Positions 27,384-41,260 of a stretch of 64,000 nt of DNA are shown piece by piece; position 1 is the first letter of the stretch; each line of letters starts with the position of its first letter. The notes under the pieces are model-generated. The model saw nothing but the letters and a program-made list of their open reading frames with translations, did not search any database and had not been told where the DNA came from. The stretch comes from Eledone cirrhosa (lineage: Eukaryota), in contig OZ024746.1 of NCBI GenBank assembly GCA_964016885.1, positions 63,116,001-63,180,000 of the forward strand, read 5' to 3'. The translations under genes were made by a program, and so were the position numbers.

Positions 27384-27456
27384 GGCCGCATGGCCTAATG
27401 GATAAGGCGTCTGACTTCGAATCAGAAGATTGCGAGTTCGAGTCTCGTTGTGGTCG
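27384..27456 (+). tRNA. trnR-UCG: tRNA-Arg(UCG), consensus
   Basis: Identical to consensus. Confidence 0.95.
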
Positions 27457-27860
27457 CATTAACTGGATTTTTTTCTTTTACTCTCTTGCATTCTCTCTCT
27501 ATCGTGTTTGGTGACTTTATTTATGCACCTCAATTCACACAGTTTAAGTTTTAAAAGTTATTTATCATGAAACATTTTACTAATTTTTTTTACTATATAT
27601 TGTCAGAGGTAATAGATTTTTTGAAACATTTATCTTCTTCAAAGAACCATATAGCTGGTTTGAAAGAAAGAAAAATTATGAATAATTCCCACATCTCTTT
27701 TGTAACTGAGTGTCCAAAAACTGATAGTTTTATTTCCAAGGCAACGCTGGATAACTTGTTGCTTATTAACATGTATATACACAGTATAATTAAAAAAATA
27801 TTATCTCCAATTCGGTTGATATAAGATTTTAGAGCTGATATCTGAGTCAGCTGTAAGGTT

Positions 27861-27932
27861 GGCCGCATGACCTAATGGGTAAGGCGTCTGATTCGAATTA
27901 GAAGATTGCGAGTTCGAGTCTCGTTTTGGTCG
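27861..27932 (+). pseudogene. tRNA-Arg degenerate subfamily C
   Basis: Same lesions as 15212. Confidence 0.85.
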
Positions 27933-29013
27933 TAATAAGTGCCATTTTGCTTTTACTCTCTGGCGTTCTCTCTAACTGTCCCTCTCTATCAGGTTTAGTA
28001 TCTTATCTCTACACACCACATTTTACACAGTTTATTCTATTCAAACTAATCACAACATAACATCTCTACACAGACATCATGTAGTCTACAAACCTTCATT
28101 ATTTCAATATGTTATAAATATATTTCTTTAACAGAAACACCTTGTAATACATTACTTTACTGGTTCAACTTGTTATAATATTTCTTCTAATAATAGAACT
28201 CTTCAGAAAATTTCAACATTATCTCAACTCTCAGATTTACGTATAAACTCTATTTGATACGATAGATACTTTCACTTTTCTCTCTTAGATTTCCGTCAAT
28301 AAAAAACTTAAGATCGAATGAATAAGATTTTACTGAGTATTTAAACCTTGCCCAGTCACGTATTCTTGGGTATAAACCAACTTACTCAAATTAATATCAG
28401 ATATTTCAACTAAACTACAGCCAGGTCATCACAACAACATATATTGTGTCACATTCACTATCTTCTCGATTCATATCAGTTTTACAGTCTTAAAGTAGTC
28501 ACAACTATCATATGTCATATATCTTGGTAACATATGTCTTAGCTTTACAATGTCAATAAAAATATTATCTCCATGTCAGACATTAAATATGACTGGACTA
28601 TAGTTGTAAAAGTCCTGTTTCTCTCATGGACAGACATATGTTGGATGTTGACATGTTGGAAGTGAGAACAATCATTATATAAATGATCATGGCGGGAAAG
28701 TTAAGAACGTTGTTTATCGTGAAACATTTTACTAAGAATTCTTTGACTATATTTTGTCAGAGGTGATAGATATTTTGAACCATGTATTTTTTTAAAGAAT
28801 ATAAACATTAGGTTTCAAAGAAAGAAAAAATAGAAATAATTCCCACAGCTATTTTGTAACAGATTGTCCAACAACCGAGTGTTATATTTCCAAAGCAACG
28901 CCGGATAACTTGCTACATAATCACATGTATATACGTATTATAATTAAAAGATATTGTCTCCAATTCATTTGATATAAGATTTTAGAGCTGATATCTGAAG
29001 CAGCTGCCAGGTT

Positions 29014-29086
29014 GGCCGCATGGCCTAATGGATAAGGCGTCTGACTTCGAATCAGAAGATTGCGAGTTCGAGTCTCGTTGTGGTCG
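29014..29086 (+). tRNA. trnR-UCG: tRNA-Arg(UCG), consensus
   Basis: Identical to consensus. Confidence 0.95.
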
Positions 29087-29490
29087 CATTAACTGGATTT
29101 TTTTCTTTTACTCTCTTTCATTCTCTCTCTATCGTGTTTGGTGACTTTATTTATGCACCTCAATTCACACAGTTTAAGATAAAAAAGTTGTATATCATGA
29201 AACATTTTACTAATTTTTTTTACTATATATTGTCAGAGGTAATAGAATTTTTGAAACATTTATCTTCTTCAAAGAACCATATAGCTGGTTTGAAAGAAAG
29301 AAAAATTATGAATAATTCCCACATTTATTTTGTAACTGATTTTCCAAAAACTGATCGCTTTATTTCCAAGGCAACGCTGGATAACTTGTTGCTTATTAAC
29401 ATGTATATACACAGTATAATTAAAAAAATATTATCTCCAATTCGGTTGATATAAGATTTTAGAGCTGATATCTGAGTAAGCTGTCAGGTT

Positions 29491-29563
29491 GGCCGCATGG
29501 CCTAATGGGTAAGGCGTCTGACTTCGAATCTGAAGATTACGTGTCCGATTCTCGTTGTGGTCG
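29491..29563 (+). pseudogene. tRNA-Arg(UCG) degenerate subfamily B
   Basis: A20G, A41U, broken T arm. Confidence 0.85.
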
Positions 29564-30112
29564 CGAGAATGCTGTTTCTGTTTTTACTCTTCCTCTCATT
29601 CTCACCCTCTCGCTCTCTCCCGCAATCTGTTTTTCATGCGCATCACATATCCTTGTTTATCATAAAACCTAAGAATAATAATTTTTTGACTAAGTTTTGT
29701 CAGAGGTAAGAGATTTTTGAACCCTTTACCTTTTCAAGAAATATAAATATTTATTTCAAAAAAGCGAAAAGCAAAATGGCGGGAAAGTTAAGAACGTTGT
29801 TTATCATAAAACATTTTACTAAGAATTCTTTGACTATATTTTCTCAGAGGTGATATATTTTTTGAACCGTGTATCTTTTTCAAACAATATAAACATTTAT
29901 TTCAAAAAACAAAACAAAAAACAAAAATATATGCACAATTCCCACAGTAATAGAGTAATAGAGTGACGAACAACTAAATGTTTTATTTCCAAAGCAACGC
30001 CGGATAACTTGCTACTTATTCACATGTATATAGGTAGTATAATTAAAAAATATTGTCTCCAATTCGTTTGATATAAGATTTTAGAGCTGATATCTGAAAC
30101 AGCTGTCAGGTT

Positions 30113-30185
30113 GGCCGCATGGCCTAATGGATAAGGCGTCTGACTTCGAATCAGAAGATTGCGAGTTCGAGTCTCGTTGTGGTCG
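30113..30185 (+). tRNA. trnR-UCG: tRNA-Arg(UCG), consensus
   Basis: Identical to consensus. Confidence 0.95.
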
Positions 30186-30324
30186 CAATCGGAGAAATTT
30201 TGTTTTTATCTCTTGCAATATATTTCTTTAACAGAAACACCTCGTAATACATTACATTAAATTTTAAAGTCCAAATTGTTTGATATAAGATTTTAGTGCT
30301 GATATATGAAGCTGCTGCCAGTGT

Positions 30325-30397
30325 GGCAACATGGCCTAATGGGTAAGGCGTCTGACGTCGAATAACAGGATTGAGCGTTCGCGTCTCGTTGTGGTCG
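30325..30397 (+). pseudogene. tRNA-Arg degenerate subfamily D
   Basis: GGCAAC, U33G, A58C. Confidence 0.85.
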
Positions 30398-30828
30398 CTA
30401 GAATAGCTATACTTATTCTCTCGTTCATTTTATTCTCTTTCATTCTTTCTCACTACATCTCACTCCGCGTTTTTACACATCACATTTCTCTGTTTATCAT
30501 AAAACCTAAAAATAAGTATTTTTTGACTGAGTTTTTTTCAGGTGTAATAGATTTCTTTAACGATTTACCTTTTCAAGAAATATAAACATTTACTTCAAAC
30601 AACAAAAAAGAAAACAAAAATATACGCATAATTCCCAGAGCTACTTTGTAATAGATTTACGATCAACTAAATGTTTTATTTCCAAGGAAACACCGGATAC
30701 ACTACTGCTTACTTATATAAGAAAGTGTGGTATTACGGCAATCTATATAATTGGCGAGAAACAATAAAAAGTTGTCAAAATATTCGACATAATATATTAG
30801 TACTAATTTCCAACAGTGACAGCAGGTC

Positions 30829-30901
30829 GGCCGCGTGGCCTAATGGATAAGGCGTCTGACTTCGAATCAGAAGATTGCGAGTTCGAGTCTCGTTGTGGTC
30901 A
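30829..30901 (+). tRNA. trnR-UCG: tRNA-Arg(UCG) variant (A7G, G73A)
   Basis: Cloverleaf intact. Confidence 0.88.
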
Positions 30902-31983
30902 TAATAAGTATAATTTTGCTTTTACTCTCTGGCTTTCTCTCTAACTGTCCCTCTCTATCAGGTTTAGTATCTTATCTCTACACACCACAATTTACACAGT
31001 TTATTCTATTTAAACTAATCACAACATAACATCTCTACACAGACATCATGTAGTGTACAAACCTTCCTTATTTCAATATGTTATAAATATATTTCTTTAA
31101 CAGAAACACTTTGTAATACATCACATTACTCGTTCAACTTGTTATAATATTTCTTCTAATAATAGAACTCTTCAGAATATTTCAACATTATCTCAACTCT
31201 CAGATTTACGTATAAACTCTATTTGATACAATAGATACTTTCACTTTTCTCTCTTAGATTTTCGTCAATAACAAACTTAAGATCGAATGAATAAGATTTT
31301 ACTGAGTATTTAAACCTTGCCCAGTCACGTATTCTTGGGTATAAACCAACTTACCCAAATTAATATCAGATACTTCAACTAAACTACAGCCAGGTCATAA
31401 CAGCAACATATATTGTGTCACATTCACTATCTTCTCGATTCATATCAGTTTTACAGTCTTAAAGTAGTCACAACTATCATATGTCATATGTCTTGGTAAC
31501 ATATGTCTTAGCTTTACAATGTCAATAAAAATTTGATCTCAATGTCAGACATTAAATATGACTGGACTATAGTTGGAAGAGTCCTGTTTCTCTCATAGAC
31601 AGATATATGTTGGATGTTGACATGTTGGAAGTGAGAACAATCTTTATATAAATGATCATGGCGGGAAAGTTAAGAACGTTGTTTATCGTGAAACATTTTA
31701 CTAAGAATTCTTTGACTATATTTTGTCAGAGGTGATAGATATTTTGAACCATATATTTTTTTCAAACAATATAAACATTAGGTTTCAAAGAAAGAAGAAA
31801 TAGAAATAATTCTCACATCTATTTTGTAACAGATTGTCCAACAACCGAGTGTTTTATTTCCAAAGCAACGCCGGATAACTTGCTACTTATTCACATGTAT
31901 ATAGGTATTATAATTAAAAAATATTGTCTCCAATTCATTTGATATAAGATTTTACAGCTGATATCTGAAACAGCTGTCAGGTT

Positions 31984-32056
31984 GGCCGCATGGCCTAATG
32001 GATAAGGCGTCTGGCTTCGAATTAGAAGATTGCGAGTTCGAGTCTCGTTGTGGTCG
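31984..32056 (+). tRNA. trnR-UCG: tRNA-Arg(UCG) variant (A31G, C40U)
   Basis: Two G-U pairs in anticodon stem. Confidence 0.7.
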
Positions 32057-32461
32057 CATTAACTGGATTTTTTTTCTTTTACTCTCTTGCATTCTCTCTC
32101 TATCGTGTTTGGTCACTTTATTTATGCACCTCAATTCACACAGTTTAAGATAAAAAAGTTGTATATCATGAAACATTTTACTAATTTTTTTTACTATATA
32201 TTGTCAGAGGTAATAGAGTTTTTGAAACATTTATCTTCTTCAAAGAACCATATAGCTGGTTTGAAAGAAAGAAAAATTATGAATAATTCCCACATCTCTT
32301 TTGCAACTGATTGTCCAAAAACTGATCGCTTTATTTCCAAGGCAACGCTGGATAACTTGTTGCTTATTAACATGTATATACACAGTATAATTAAAAAAAT
32401 ATTATCTCCGATTCGGTTGATATAAGATTTTAGAGCTGATATCTGAGTCAGCTGTCAGGTT

Positions 32462-32534
32462 GGCCGCGTGGCCTAATGGGTAAGGCGTCTGACTTCGAAT
32501 CTAAAGATTGCGTGTTTGGGTCTCGTTGTGTTCG
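32462..32534 (+). pseudogene. tRNA-Arg(UCG) degenerate subfamily B-like
   Basis: T arm GTGTTTGGGTC, anticodon stem broken. Confidence 0.85.
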
Positions 32535-33112
32535 CGAGAATGCTGTTTCTGTTTTTACTCTTCCTCTTATTCTCACCCTCTCGCTCTCTCCCGCAATCTG
32601 TTTTTCATGCACATCACATTTCCTTGTTTATCATAAAACCTAAGAATAATAATTTTTTGACTAAGTTTTGTCAGAGGTAAGAGATTTTTGAACCATTTAC
32701 CTTTTCAAGAAATATAAATATTTATTTCAAAGAAGCAAAAAGCAAAATGGCGGGAAAGTTAAGAACGTTGTTTATCATAAAACATTTTACTAAGAAGTCT
32801 TTGACTATATTTTCTTAGAGGTGATATATTTTTTGAACCGTGTATCTTTTTCAAACAATATAAACATTTATTTCAAAAAACAAAACAAAAAGCAAAATAA
32901 TATGCACAATTCCCACAGCTATTGAGTAATAGAGTGACGAACAACTAAATGTTTTATTTCCAAGGTAACACCGGATACACTACTGCGTACTTATATGAGA
33001 AAGTGTGGTATAACGGCAATCTATGTATACCATTAAAGAAGGACATGAAAAAGTTATCATAAATAATTCAACATATTATATTAGGACTAATTTCCAGCAT
33101 GTCTGGCAGGTC

Positions 33113-33185
33113 GGCCGCGTGGCCTAATGGATAAGGCGTGTGACTTCGAATCAGAAGATTGCGAGTTCGAGTCTCGTTGTGGTCG
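33113..33185 (+). tRNA. trnR-UCG: tRNA-Arg(UCG) variant (A7G, C28G)
   Basis: One anticodon-stem mismatch. Confidence 0.7.
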
Positions 33186-33647
33186 CAATAGAACAAATTG
33201 TGTTTTTATTCTCTTGCAATATATTTCTTTTACAGAAACACCTTGTAATACATTACATTACTGGTTCAACTTGTTATAATAATTCTTCTAATAGAAAATT
33301 TCAACAGTATCTCAACTCTCAGATTTACGTATAAACTCTATTTGATACAAGAGATACTTTCACTTTTCTCTCTTAGATTTTCGTCAATAACAAACTTAAG
33401 ATCGAATGAATAAGATTTTCAGACACTTCAACTAAACTACAGCCAGGTCATCACAGCAACATATATTGAGTCACTTTCACTATCTTCTCGATTCAGACTT
33501 TCCAACAACCGAGTGTTTTATTTCCAAAGCAATGCCGGATAACTTGCTACATAATCACATGTATATAGGTAGTATAATTAAAAAATATTGTCTCCAATTC
33601 ATTTGATATAAGATTTTAGAGCTGATATCTGAAACAGCTGTCAGGTT

Positions 33648-33720
33648 GGCCGCATGGCCTAATGGATAAGGCGTCTGACTTCGAATCAGAAGATTGCGAG
33701 TTCGAGTCTCGTTGTGGTCG
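33648..33720 (+). tRNA. trnR-UCG: tRNA-Arg(UCG), consensus
   Basis: Identical to consensus. Confidence 0.95.
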
Positions 33721-33860
33721 CAATAGAAGAAATTTTGTTTTTACTCTCTTGCAATATATTTCTTTAACAGAAACACCTCGTAATACATTACATTAAATTT
33801 TAAAGTCCAAATTGTTTGATATAAGATTTTAGTGCTGAAATATGAAGCTGCTGCCAGATG

Positions 33861-33933
33861 GGCAACGTGGCCTAATGGGTAAGGCGTCTGACGTCGAATC
33901 ACAGGATTGAGAGTTCGCGTCTCGTTGTGATCG
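33861..33933 (+). pseudogene. tRNA-Arg degenerate subfamily D
   Basis: GGCAAC, U33G, A58C. Confidence 0.85.
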
Positions 33934-34363
33934 CTAGAATAGCTATACTTATTCTCTCGTTCATTTTATTCTCTTTCATTCTCTCTCACTACATCTCACT
34001 CCGCGTTTTTACACATCACATTTCTCTGTTTATCATAAAACCTAAAAATAAGTATTTTTTGACTGAGTTTTTTTCAGGTGTAAGAGATTTTTTTAACGAT
34101 TTACCTTTTCAAGAAATATAAACATTTATTTCAAACAACAAAAAGAAAAGAAAAATATACGCATAATTCCCAGAGCTATTTTGTAATAGATTGACGAACA
34201 ACTAAATGTTTTATTTCCAAGGCAACACCGGATACACTACTGCTTACTTATATAAGAAAGTGTGGTATTACGGCAATCTATATAATTGGCGAGAAACAAT
34301 AAAAAGTTGTCAAAATATTCGACATAATATATTAGTACTAAATTCCAGTAGTGACAGCAGGTC

Positions 34364-34436
34364 GGCCGCGTGGCCTAATGAATAAGGCGTCTGACTTCGA
34401 ATCAGAAGATTGCGAGTTCGAGTCTCGTTGTGGTCG
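34364..34436 (+). tRNA. trnR-UCG: tRNA-Arg(UCG) variant (A7G, G19A)
   Basis: Invariant G19 changed. Confidence 0.65.
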
Positions 34437-35550
34437 TAATAAGTATAATTTTGCTTTTACTCTCTCGCGTTCTCTCTAACTGTCCCTCTCTATCAGGTTT
34501 AGTATCTTATCTCTACACACCACATTTTACACAGTTTATTCTATTCAAACTAATCACAACATAACATCTCTACACAGACATCATGTTGTCTACAAACCAT
34601 GCACTGGGTAATTGCTGGCCTTGTGCCTAAAGTAGAAATAATTATTTCAATATGTTATAAATATATTTCTTTAACAGAAACACCTTGTAATACATTACAT
34701 TACTGGTTCAACTTGTTATAATATTTCTTCTAATAATAGAACTCTTCAGAATATTTCAACCTTATCTCAACTCTCAGATTTACATATAAACTCTATTTGA
34801 TACCATAGATACTTTCACTTTTCTTTCTTAGATTTTCGTCAATAACAAACTTAAGATCGAATGAATAAGATTTTACTGAGTATTTAAACCTTTCCCAGTC
34901 ACGTATTCTTCAGTATAAACCAACTTACTCAAGTTAATATCAGACACTTCAACTAAACTACAGCCAGGTCATCACAGCAACATATATTGAGTCACTTTCA
35001 CTATCTTCTCGATTCATATCAGTTTTACAGTCTTAAAGTAGTCACAACTATCATATGTCATATGTCTTGGTAACATATCTCTTAGCTTTACAAAGTCAAT
35101 AAAAATATTATCTCAATGTCAGACATTAAATATGACTGGACTATAGTTGGAAGAGTCCTGTTTCTCTCATAGACAGATATATGTTGGATGTTGACATGTT
35201 GGAAGTGAGAACAATCTTTATATAAATGATCATGGCGGGCAAGTTAAGAACGTTGTTTATCGTGAAACATTTTACTAAGAATTCTTTGACTATATTTTGT
35301 CAGAGGTGATAGATATTTTGAACCATGTATTTTTTTTAAAGAATATAAACATTAGGTTTCAAAGAAAGAAAAAATAGAAATAATTCCCACATCTATTTTG
35401 TAACAGATTGTCCAACAACCGAGTGTTTTATTTCCAAAGCAATGCCGGATAACTTGCTACATAATCACATGTATATAGGTAGTATAATTAAAAAATATTG
35501 TCTCCAATTCATTTGATATAAGATTTTAGAGCTGATATCTGAAACGGGTT

Positions 35551-35623
35551 GGCCGCATGGCCTAATGGGTAAGGCGTCTGACTTCGAATCTGAAGATTGC
35601 GTGTCCGATTCTCGTTGTGGTCG
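35551..35623 (+). pseudogene. tRNA-Arg(UCG) degenerate subfamily B
   Basis: A20G, A41U, broken T arm. Confidence 0.85.
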
Positions 35624-36201
35624 CGAGAATGCTGTTTCTGTTTTTACTCTTCCTCTTATTCTCACCCTCTCGCTCTCTCCCGCAATCTGTTTTTCATGCA
35701 CATCACATTTCCTTGTTTATCATAAAACCTAAGAATAATAATTGTTTGACTAAGTTTTGTCAGAGGTAAGAGATTGTTTAACCATTTACCTTTTCAAGAA
35801 ATATAAATATTTATTTCAAAAAAGTAAAAAGCAAACTGGCGGGAAAGTTAAGAACGTTGTTTATCATAAAACATTTTACTAAGAATTCTTTGACTATATT
35901 TTCTCAAGGGTGATATATTTTTTGAACCGTGTATCTTTTTCAAACAATATAAACATTTATTTCAAAAAACAAAACAAAAAACAAAAATATATGCACAATT
36001 CCCACAGCTATTGAGTAATAGAGTGACGAACAACTAAATGTTTTATTTCCAAGGTAACACCGGATACACTACTGCGTACTTATATGAGAAAGTGTGGTAT
36101 AACGGCAATCTATGTAAACCATTAAAGAAGGACATGAAAAAGTTATCATAAGTAATTCAACATATTATATTAGGACTAATTTCCAGCATGTCTGGCAGGT
36201 T

Positions 36202-36274
36202 GGCCGCGTGGCCTAATGGATGAGGCGTCTGACTTCGAATCAGAAGATTGCGAGTTCGAGTCTCGTTGTGGTCG
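36202..36274 (+). tRNA. trnR-UCG: tRNA-Arg(UCG) variant (A7G, A21G)
   Basis: Cloverleaf intact. Confidence 0.8.
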
Positions 36275-36736
36275 CAATAGGACAAATTGTGTTTTTATTC
36301 TCTTGCAATATATTTCTTTTACAGAAACACCTTGTAATACATTACATTACTGGTTCAACTTGTTATAATAATTCTTCAAATAGAAAATTTCAACAGTATC
36401 TCAACTCTCAGATTTACGTATAAACTCTATTTCATACAATAGATACTTTCACTTTTCTCTCTTAGATTTTCGTCAATAACAAACTTAAGATCGAATGAAT
36501 AAGATTTTCAGACACTTCAACTAAACTACAGCCAGGTCATCACAGCAACATATATTGAGTCACTTTCACTATCTTCTCGATTCAGACTTTCCAACAACCG
36601 AGTGTTTTATTTCCAAAGCAATGCCGGATAACTTGCTACATAATCACATGTATATAGGTAGTATAATTAAAAAATATCGTCTCCAATTCATTTGATATAA
36701 GATTTTAGAGCTGATATCTGAAACAGCTGTCAGGTT

Positions 36737-36809
36737 GGCCGCATGGCCTAATGGATAAGGCGTCTGACTTCGAATCAGAAGATTGCGAGTTCGAGTCTCG
36801 TTGTGGTCG
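36737..36809 (+). tRNA. trnR-UCG: tRNA-Arg(UCG), consensus
   Basis: Identical to consensus. Confidence 0.95.
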
Positions 36810-36949
36810 CAATAGAAGAAATTTTGTTTTTACTCTCTTGCAATATATTTCTTTAACAGAAACACCTCGTAATACATTACATTAAATTTTAAAGTCCAAA
36901 TTGTTTGATATAAGATTTTAGTGCTGATATATGAAGCTGCTGCCAGATG

Positions 36950-37021
36950 GGCAACGTGGCCTAATGGTAAGGCGTCTGACGTCGAATGACAGGATTGAAA
37001 GATCGCGTATCGCTGTGATCG
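36950..37021 (+). pseudogene. tRNA-Arg degenerate subfamily D (further decayed)
   Basis: GGCAAC, U33G, 1-nt deletion, T arm destroyed. Confidence 0.85.
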
Positions 37022-37451
37022 CTAGAATAGCTATACTTATTCTCTCGTTCATTTTATTCTCTTTCATTCTCTCTCACTACATCTCACTCCGCGTTTTTAC
37101 ACATCACATTTCTCTGTTTATCATAAAACCTAAAAATAAGTATTTTTTGACTGAGTTTTTTTCAGGTGTAAGAGATTTTTTTAACGAATTACCTATTCAA
37201 TAAATATAAACATTTATTTCAAACAACAAAAAGAAAAGAAAAATATACGCATAATTCCCAGAGCTATTTTGTAATAGATTGACGAACAACTAAATGTTTT
37301 ATTTCCAAGGAAACACCGGATACGCTACTGCTTAATTATATAAGAAAGTGTGGTATTACGGCAATCTATATAATTGGCGAGAAACAATAAAAAGTTGTCA
37401 AAATATTCGACATAATATATTAGTACTAATTTCCAGTAGTGATAGAAGGTC

Positions 37452-37524
37452 GGCCGCGTGGCCTAATGGATAAGGCGTCTGACTTCGAATCAGAAGATTG
37501 CGAGTTCGAGTCTCGTTGTGGTCG
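37452..37524 (+). tRNA. trnR-UCG: tRNA-Arg(UCG), A7G isodecoder
   Basis: Only A7G differs. Confidence 0.92.
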
Positions 37525-38540
37525 TAATAAGTGCCATTTTGCTTTTACTCTCTCGCATTCTCTCTAACTGTCCCTCTCTATCAGGTTTAGTATCTTATCT
37601 CTCCACACCACAATTTACACAGTTTATTCTATTTAAACTAATCACAACATAACATCTCTACACAGACATCATGTAGTGTACAAACCTTCCTTATTTCAAT
37701 ATGTTATAAATATATTTCTTTAACAGAAACACTTTGTAATACATCACATTACTCGTTCAACTTGTTATAATATTTCTTCTAATAATAGAACTCTTCAGAA
37801 TATTTCAACATTATCTCAACTCTCAGATTTACGTACAAAATCTTTTTGATACAATAGATACTTTCACTTTTCTGTCTTAGATTTTCGTCAATAACAAACT
37901 TAAGATCGAATGAATAAGATTTTCAGACACTTCAACTAAACTACAGCCAGGTCATCACAGCAACATGTATTGAGTCACTTTCACTATCTTCTCGATTCAT
38001 ATCTGTTTTACAGTCTTAAAGTAGTCACAACTATCATATGTCATACATCTTGGTAACATATGTCTTAGCTTTACAACGTCAATAAAAATATTATCTCAAT
38101 GTCAGACATTAAATAAGACTGGACTATAGTTGTAAGAGTCCTGTTTCTCTCATAGACAGACATATGCTGGATGTTGACATGTTGGAAGTGAGAACAATCT
38201 TTATATAAATGATCATGGCGGGAAAGTTAAGAACGTTGTTTATCGTGAAACATTTTACTAAGAATTCTTTGACTATATTATGTCAGAGGTGATAGATATT
38301 TTGAAACATATATTTGTTTCAAACAATATAAACATTAGGTTTCAAAGAAAGAAAAAATAGAAATAATTCCCACATCTATTTTGTAACAGATTGTCCAACA
38401 ACCGAGTGTTTTATTTCCAAAGCAATGCCGGATAACTTGCTACATATTCACATGTATATAGGTAGTATAATTAAAAAATATTGTCTCCAATTCATTTGAT
38501 ATAAGTTTTTAGAGCTGATATCTGAAACAGCTGTCAGGTT

Positions 38541-38613
38541 GGCCGCATGGCCTAATGGATAAGGCGTCTGACTTCGAATCAGAAGATTGCGAGTTCGAGT
38601 CTCGTTGTGGTCG
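38541..38613 (+). tRNA. trnR-UCG: tRNA-Arg(UCG), consensus
   Basis: Identical to consensus. Confidence 0.95.
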
Positions 38614-39517
38614 CATTAACTGGATTTTTTTTCTTTTACTCTCTTGCATTCTCTCTCTATCGTGTTTGGTGACTTTATTTATGCACCTCAATTCTTGCAA
38701 TATATTTCTTTTACAGAAACACCTTGTAATACATTACATTACTGGTTCAACTTGTTATAATAATTCTTCTAATAGAAAATTTTAACATTATCTCAACTCT
38801 CAGATTTACGTATAAACTCTATTTGATACAATAGATACTTTCACTTTTCTCTCTTAGATTTTCGTCAATAACAAACTTAAGATCGAATGAATAAGATTTT
38901 CAGACACTTCAACTAAACTACAGCCAGGTCATCACAGCAACATATATTGAGTCACTTTCACTATCTTCTCGATTCATATCAGTTTTACGGTCTTAAAGTA
39001 GTCACAACTATCATATGTCATACATCTTGGTAACATATGTCTTAGCTTTACAAAGTCAATAAAAATATTATCTCAATGTCAAACATTAAATAAGACTGGA
39101 CTATAGTTGGAAGAGTCCTGTTTCTCTCATGGACAGATATATGTTGGATGTTGACATGTTGGAAGTGAGAACAATCTTTATATAAATGATCATGGCGGGA
39201 AAGTTAAGAACGTTGTTTATCGTGAAACATTTTACTAAGAATTCTTTGACTATATTTTGTCAGAGGTGATAGATATTTTGAACCATGTATGTTTTTCAAA
39301 CAATATAAACATTAGGTTTCAAAGAAAGAAAAAATAGAAATAATTCCCACAGCTATTTTGTAACAGATTGTCCAACAACCGAGTGTTTTATTTCCAAAGC
39401 AACGCCGGATAACTTGCTACTTATTCACATGTATATAGGTATTATAATTAAAAAATATTGTCTCCAATTCATTTGATATAAGATTTTAGAGCTGATATCT
39501 GAAACAGCTGTCAGGTT

Positions 39518-39590
39518 GGCCGCATGGCCTAATGGATAAGGCGTCTGACTTCGAATCAGAAGATTGCGAGTTCGAGTCTCGTTGTGGTCG
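39518..39590 (+). tRNA. trnR-UCG: tRNA-Arg(UCG), consensus
   Basis: Identical to consensus. Confidence 0.95.
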
Positions 39591-39994
39591 CATTAACTGG
39601 ATTTTTTTCTTTTACTCTCTTGCATTCTCTCTCTATCGTGTTTGGTGACTTTATTTATGCACCTCATTTCACACAGTTTAAGTTTTAAAAGTTATTTATC
39701 ATGAAACATTTTACTAATTTTTTTTACTATATATTGTCAGAGGTAATAGATTTTTTGAAACATTTATCTTCTTCAAAGAACCATATAGCTGGTTTGAAAG
39801 AAAGAAAAATTATGAATAATTCCTACATCTCTTTTGTAACTGAGTGTCCAAAAACTGATCGCTTTATTTCCAAGGCAACGCTGGATAACTTGTTGCTTAT
39901 TAACAAGTATATACACAGTATAATTAAAAAAATATTATCTCCGATTCGGTTGATATAAGATTTTAGAGCTGATATCTGAGTCAGCTGTCAGGTT

Positions 39995-40067
39995 GGCCGC
40001 ATGGCCTAATGGGTAAGGCGTCTGACTTCGAATTAGAAGATTGCGAGTTCGAGTCTCGTTGTGGTCG
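39995..40067 (+). tRNA. trnR-UCG: tRNA-Arg(UCG) variant (A20G, C40U)
   Basis: Looks ancestral to subfamily C. Confidence 0.78.
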
Positions 40068-41187
40068 TAATAAGTGTCATTTTGCTTTTACTCTCTCGCG
40101 TTCTCTCTATCTGTCCCTCTCTATCAGGTTTAGTATCTTATCTCTACACACCACATTTTACACAGTTTATTCTATTCAAACTAATCACAACATAACATCT
40201 CTACACAGACATCATGTAGTCTACAAACCTTGCACTGGGTAATTGCTGGCCTTGTGCCTAAAGTAGAAAAAATTATTTCAATATGTTATAAATATATTTC
40301 TTTAACAGAAACACCTTGTAATACATTACATTACTGGTTCAACTTGTCATAATATTTCTTCTAATAATAGAACTCTTCAGAATATTTCAGCATTATCTCA
40401 ACTCTCAGATTTACATATAAACTCTATTTGATACAATAGATACTTTCACTTTTCTTTCTTAGATTTTCGTCCATAACAAACTTAAGATCGAATGAATAAG
40501 ATTTTACTGAGTATTTAAACCTTTCCCAGTCACGTATTCTTCAGTATAAACCAACTTACTCAAATTAATATCAGACACTTCAACTAAACTACAGCCAGGT
40601 CATCACAGCAACATATATTGAGTCACTTTCACTATCTTCTCGATTCATATCAGTTTTACAGTCTTAAAGTAGTCACAACTATCATATGTCATATGTCTTG
40701 GTAACATATCTCTTAGCTTTACAATGTCAATAAAAATATTATCTCAATGTCAGACATTAAATATGACTGGACTATAGTTGGAAGAGTCCTGTTTCTCTCA
40801 TAGACAGATATATGTTGGATGTTGACATGTTGGAAGTGAGAACAATCTTTATATAAATGATCATGGCGGGAAAGTTAAGAACGTTGTTTATCGTGAAACA
40901 TTTTACTATGAATTCTTTGACTATATTTTGTCAGAGGTGATAGATATTTTGAAACATGTATTTTTTCAAACAATATAAACATTAGGTTTCAAAGAAAGAA
41001 AAAATAGAAATAATTCCCACAGCTATTTTGTAACAGATTGTCCAACAACCGAGTGTTTTATTTCCAAAGCAACGCCGGATAACTTGCTACATAATCACAT
41101 GTATATAGGTAGTATAATTAAAAAATATTGTCTCCAATTCATTTGATATAAGATTTTACAGCTGATATCTGAAACAGCTGCCAAGTT

Positions 41188-41260
41188 GGCCGCATGGCCT
41201 AATGGATAAGGCGTCTGACTTCGAATCAGAAGATTGCGAGTTCGAGTCTCGTTGTGGTCG
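41188..41260 (+). tRNA. trnR-UCG: tRNA-Arg(UCG), consensus
   Basis: Identical to consensus. Confidence 0.95.
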
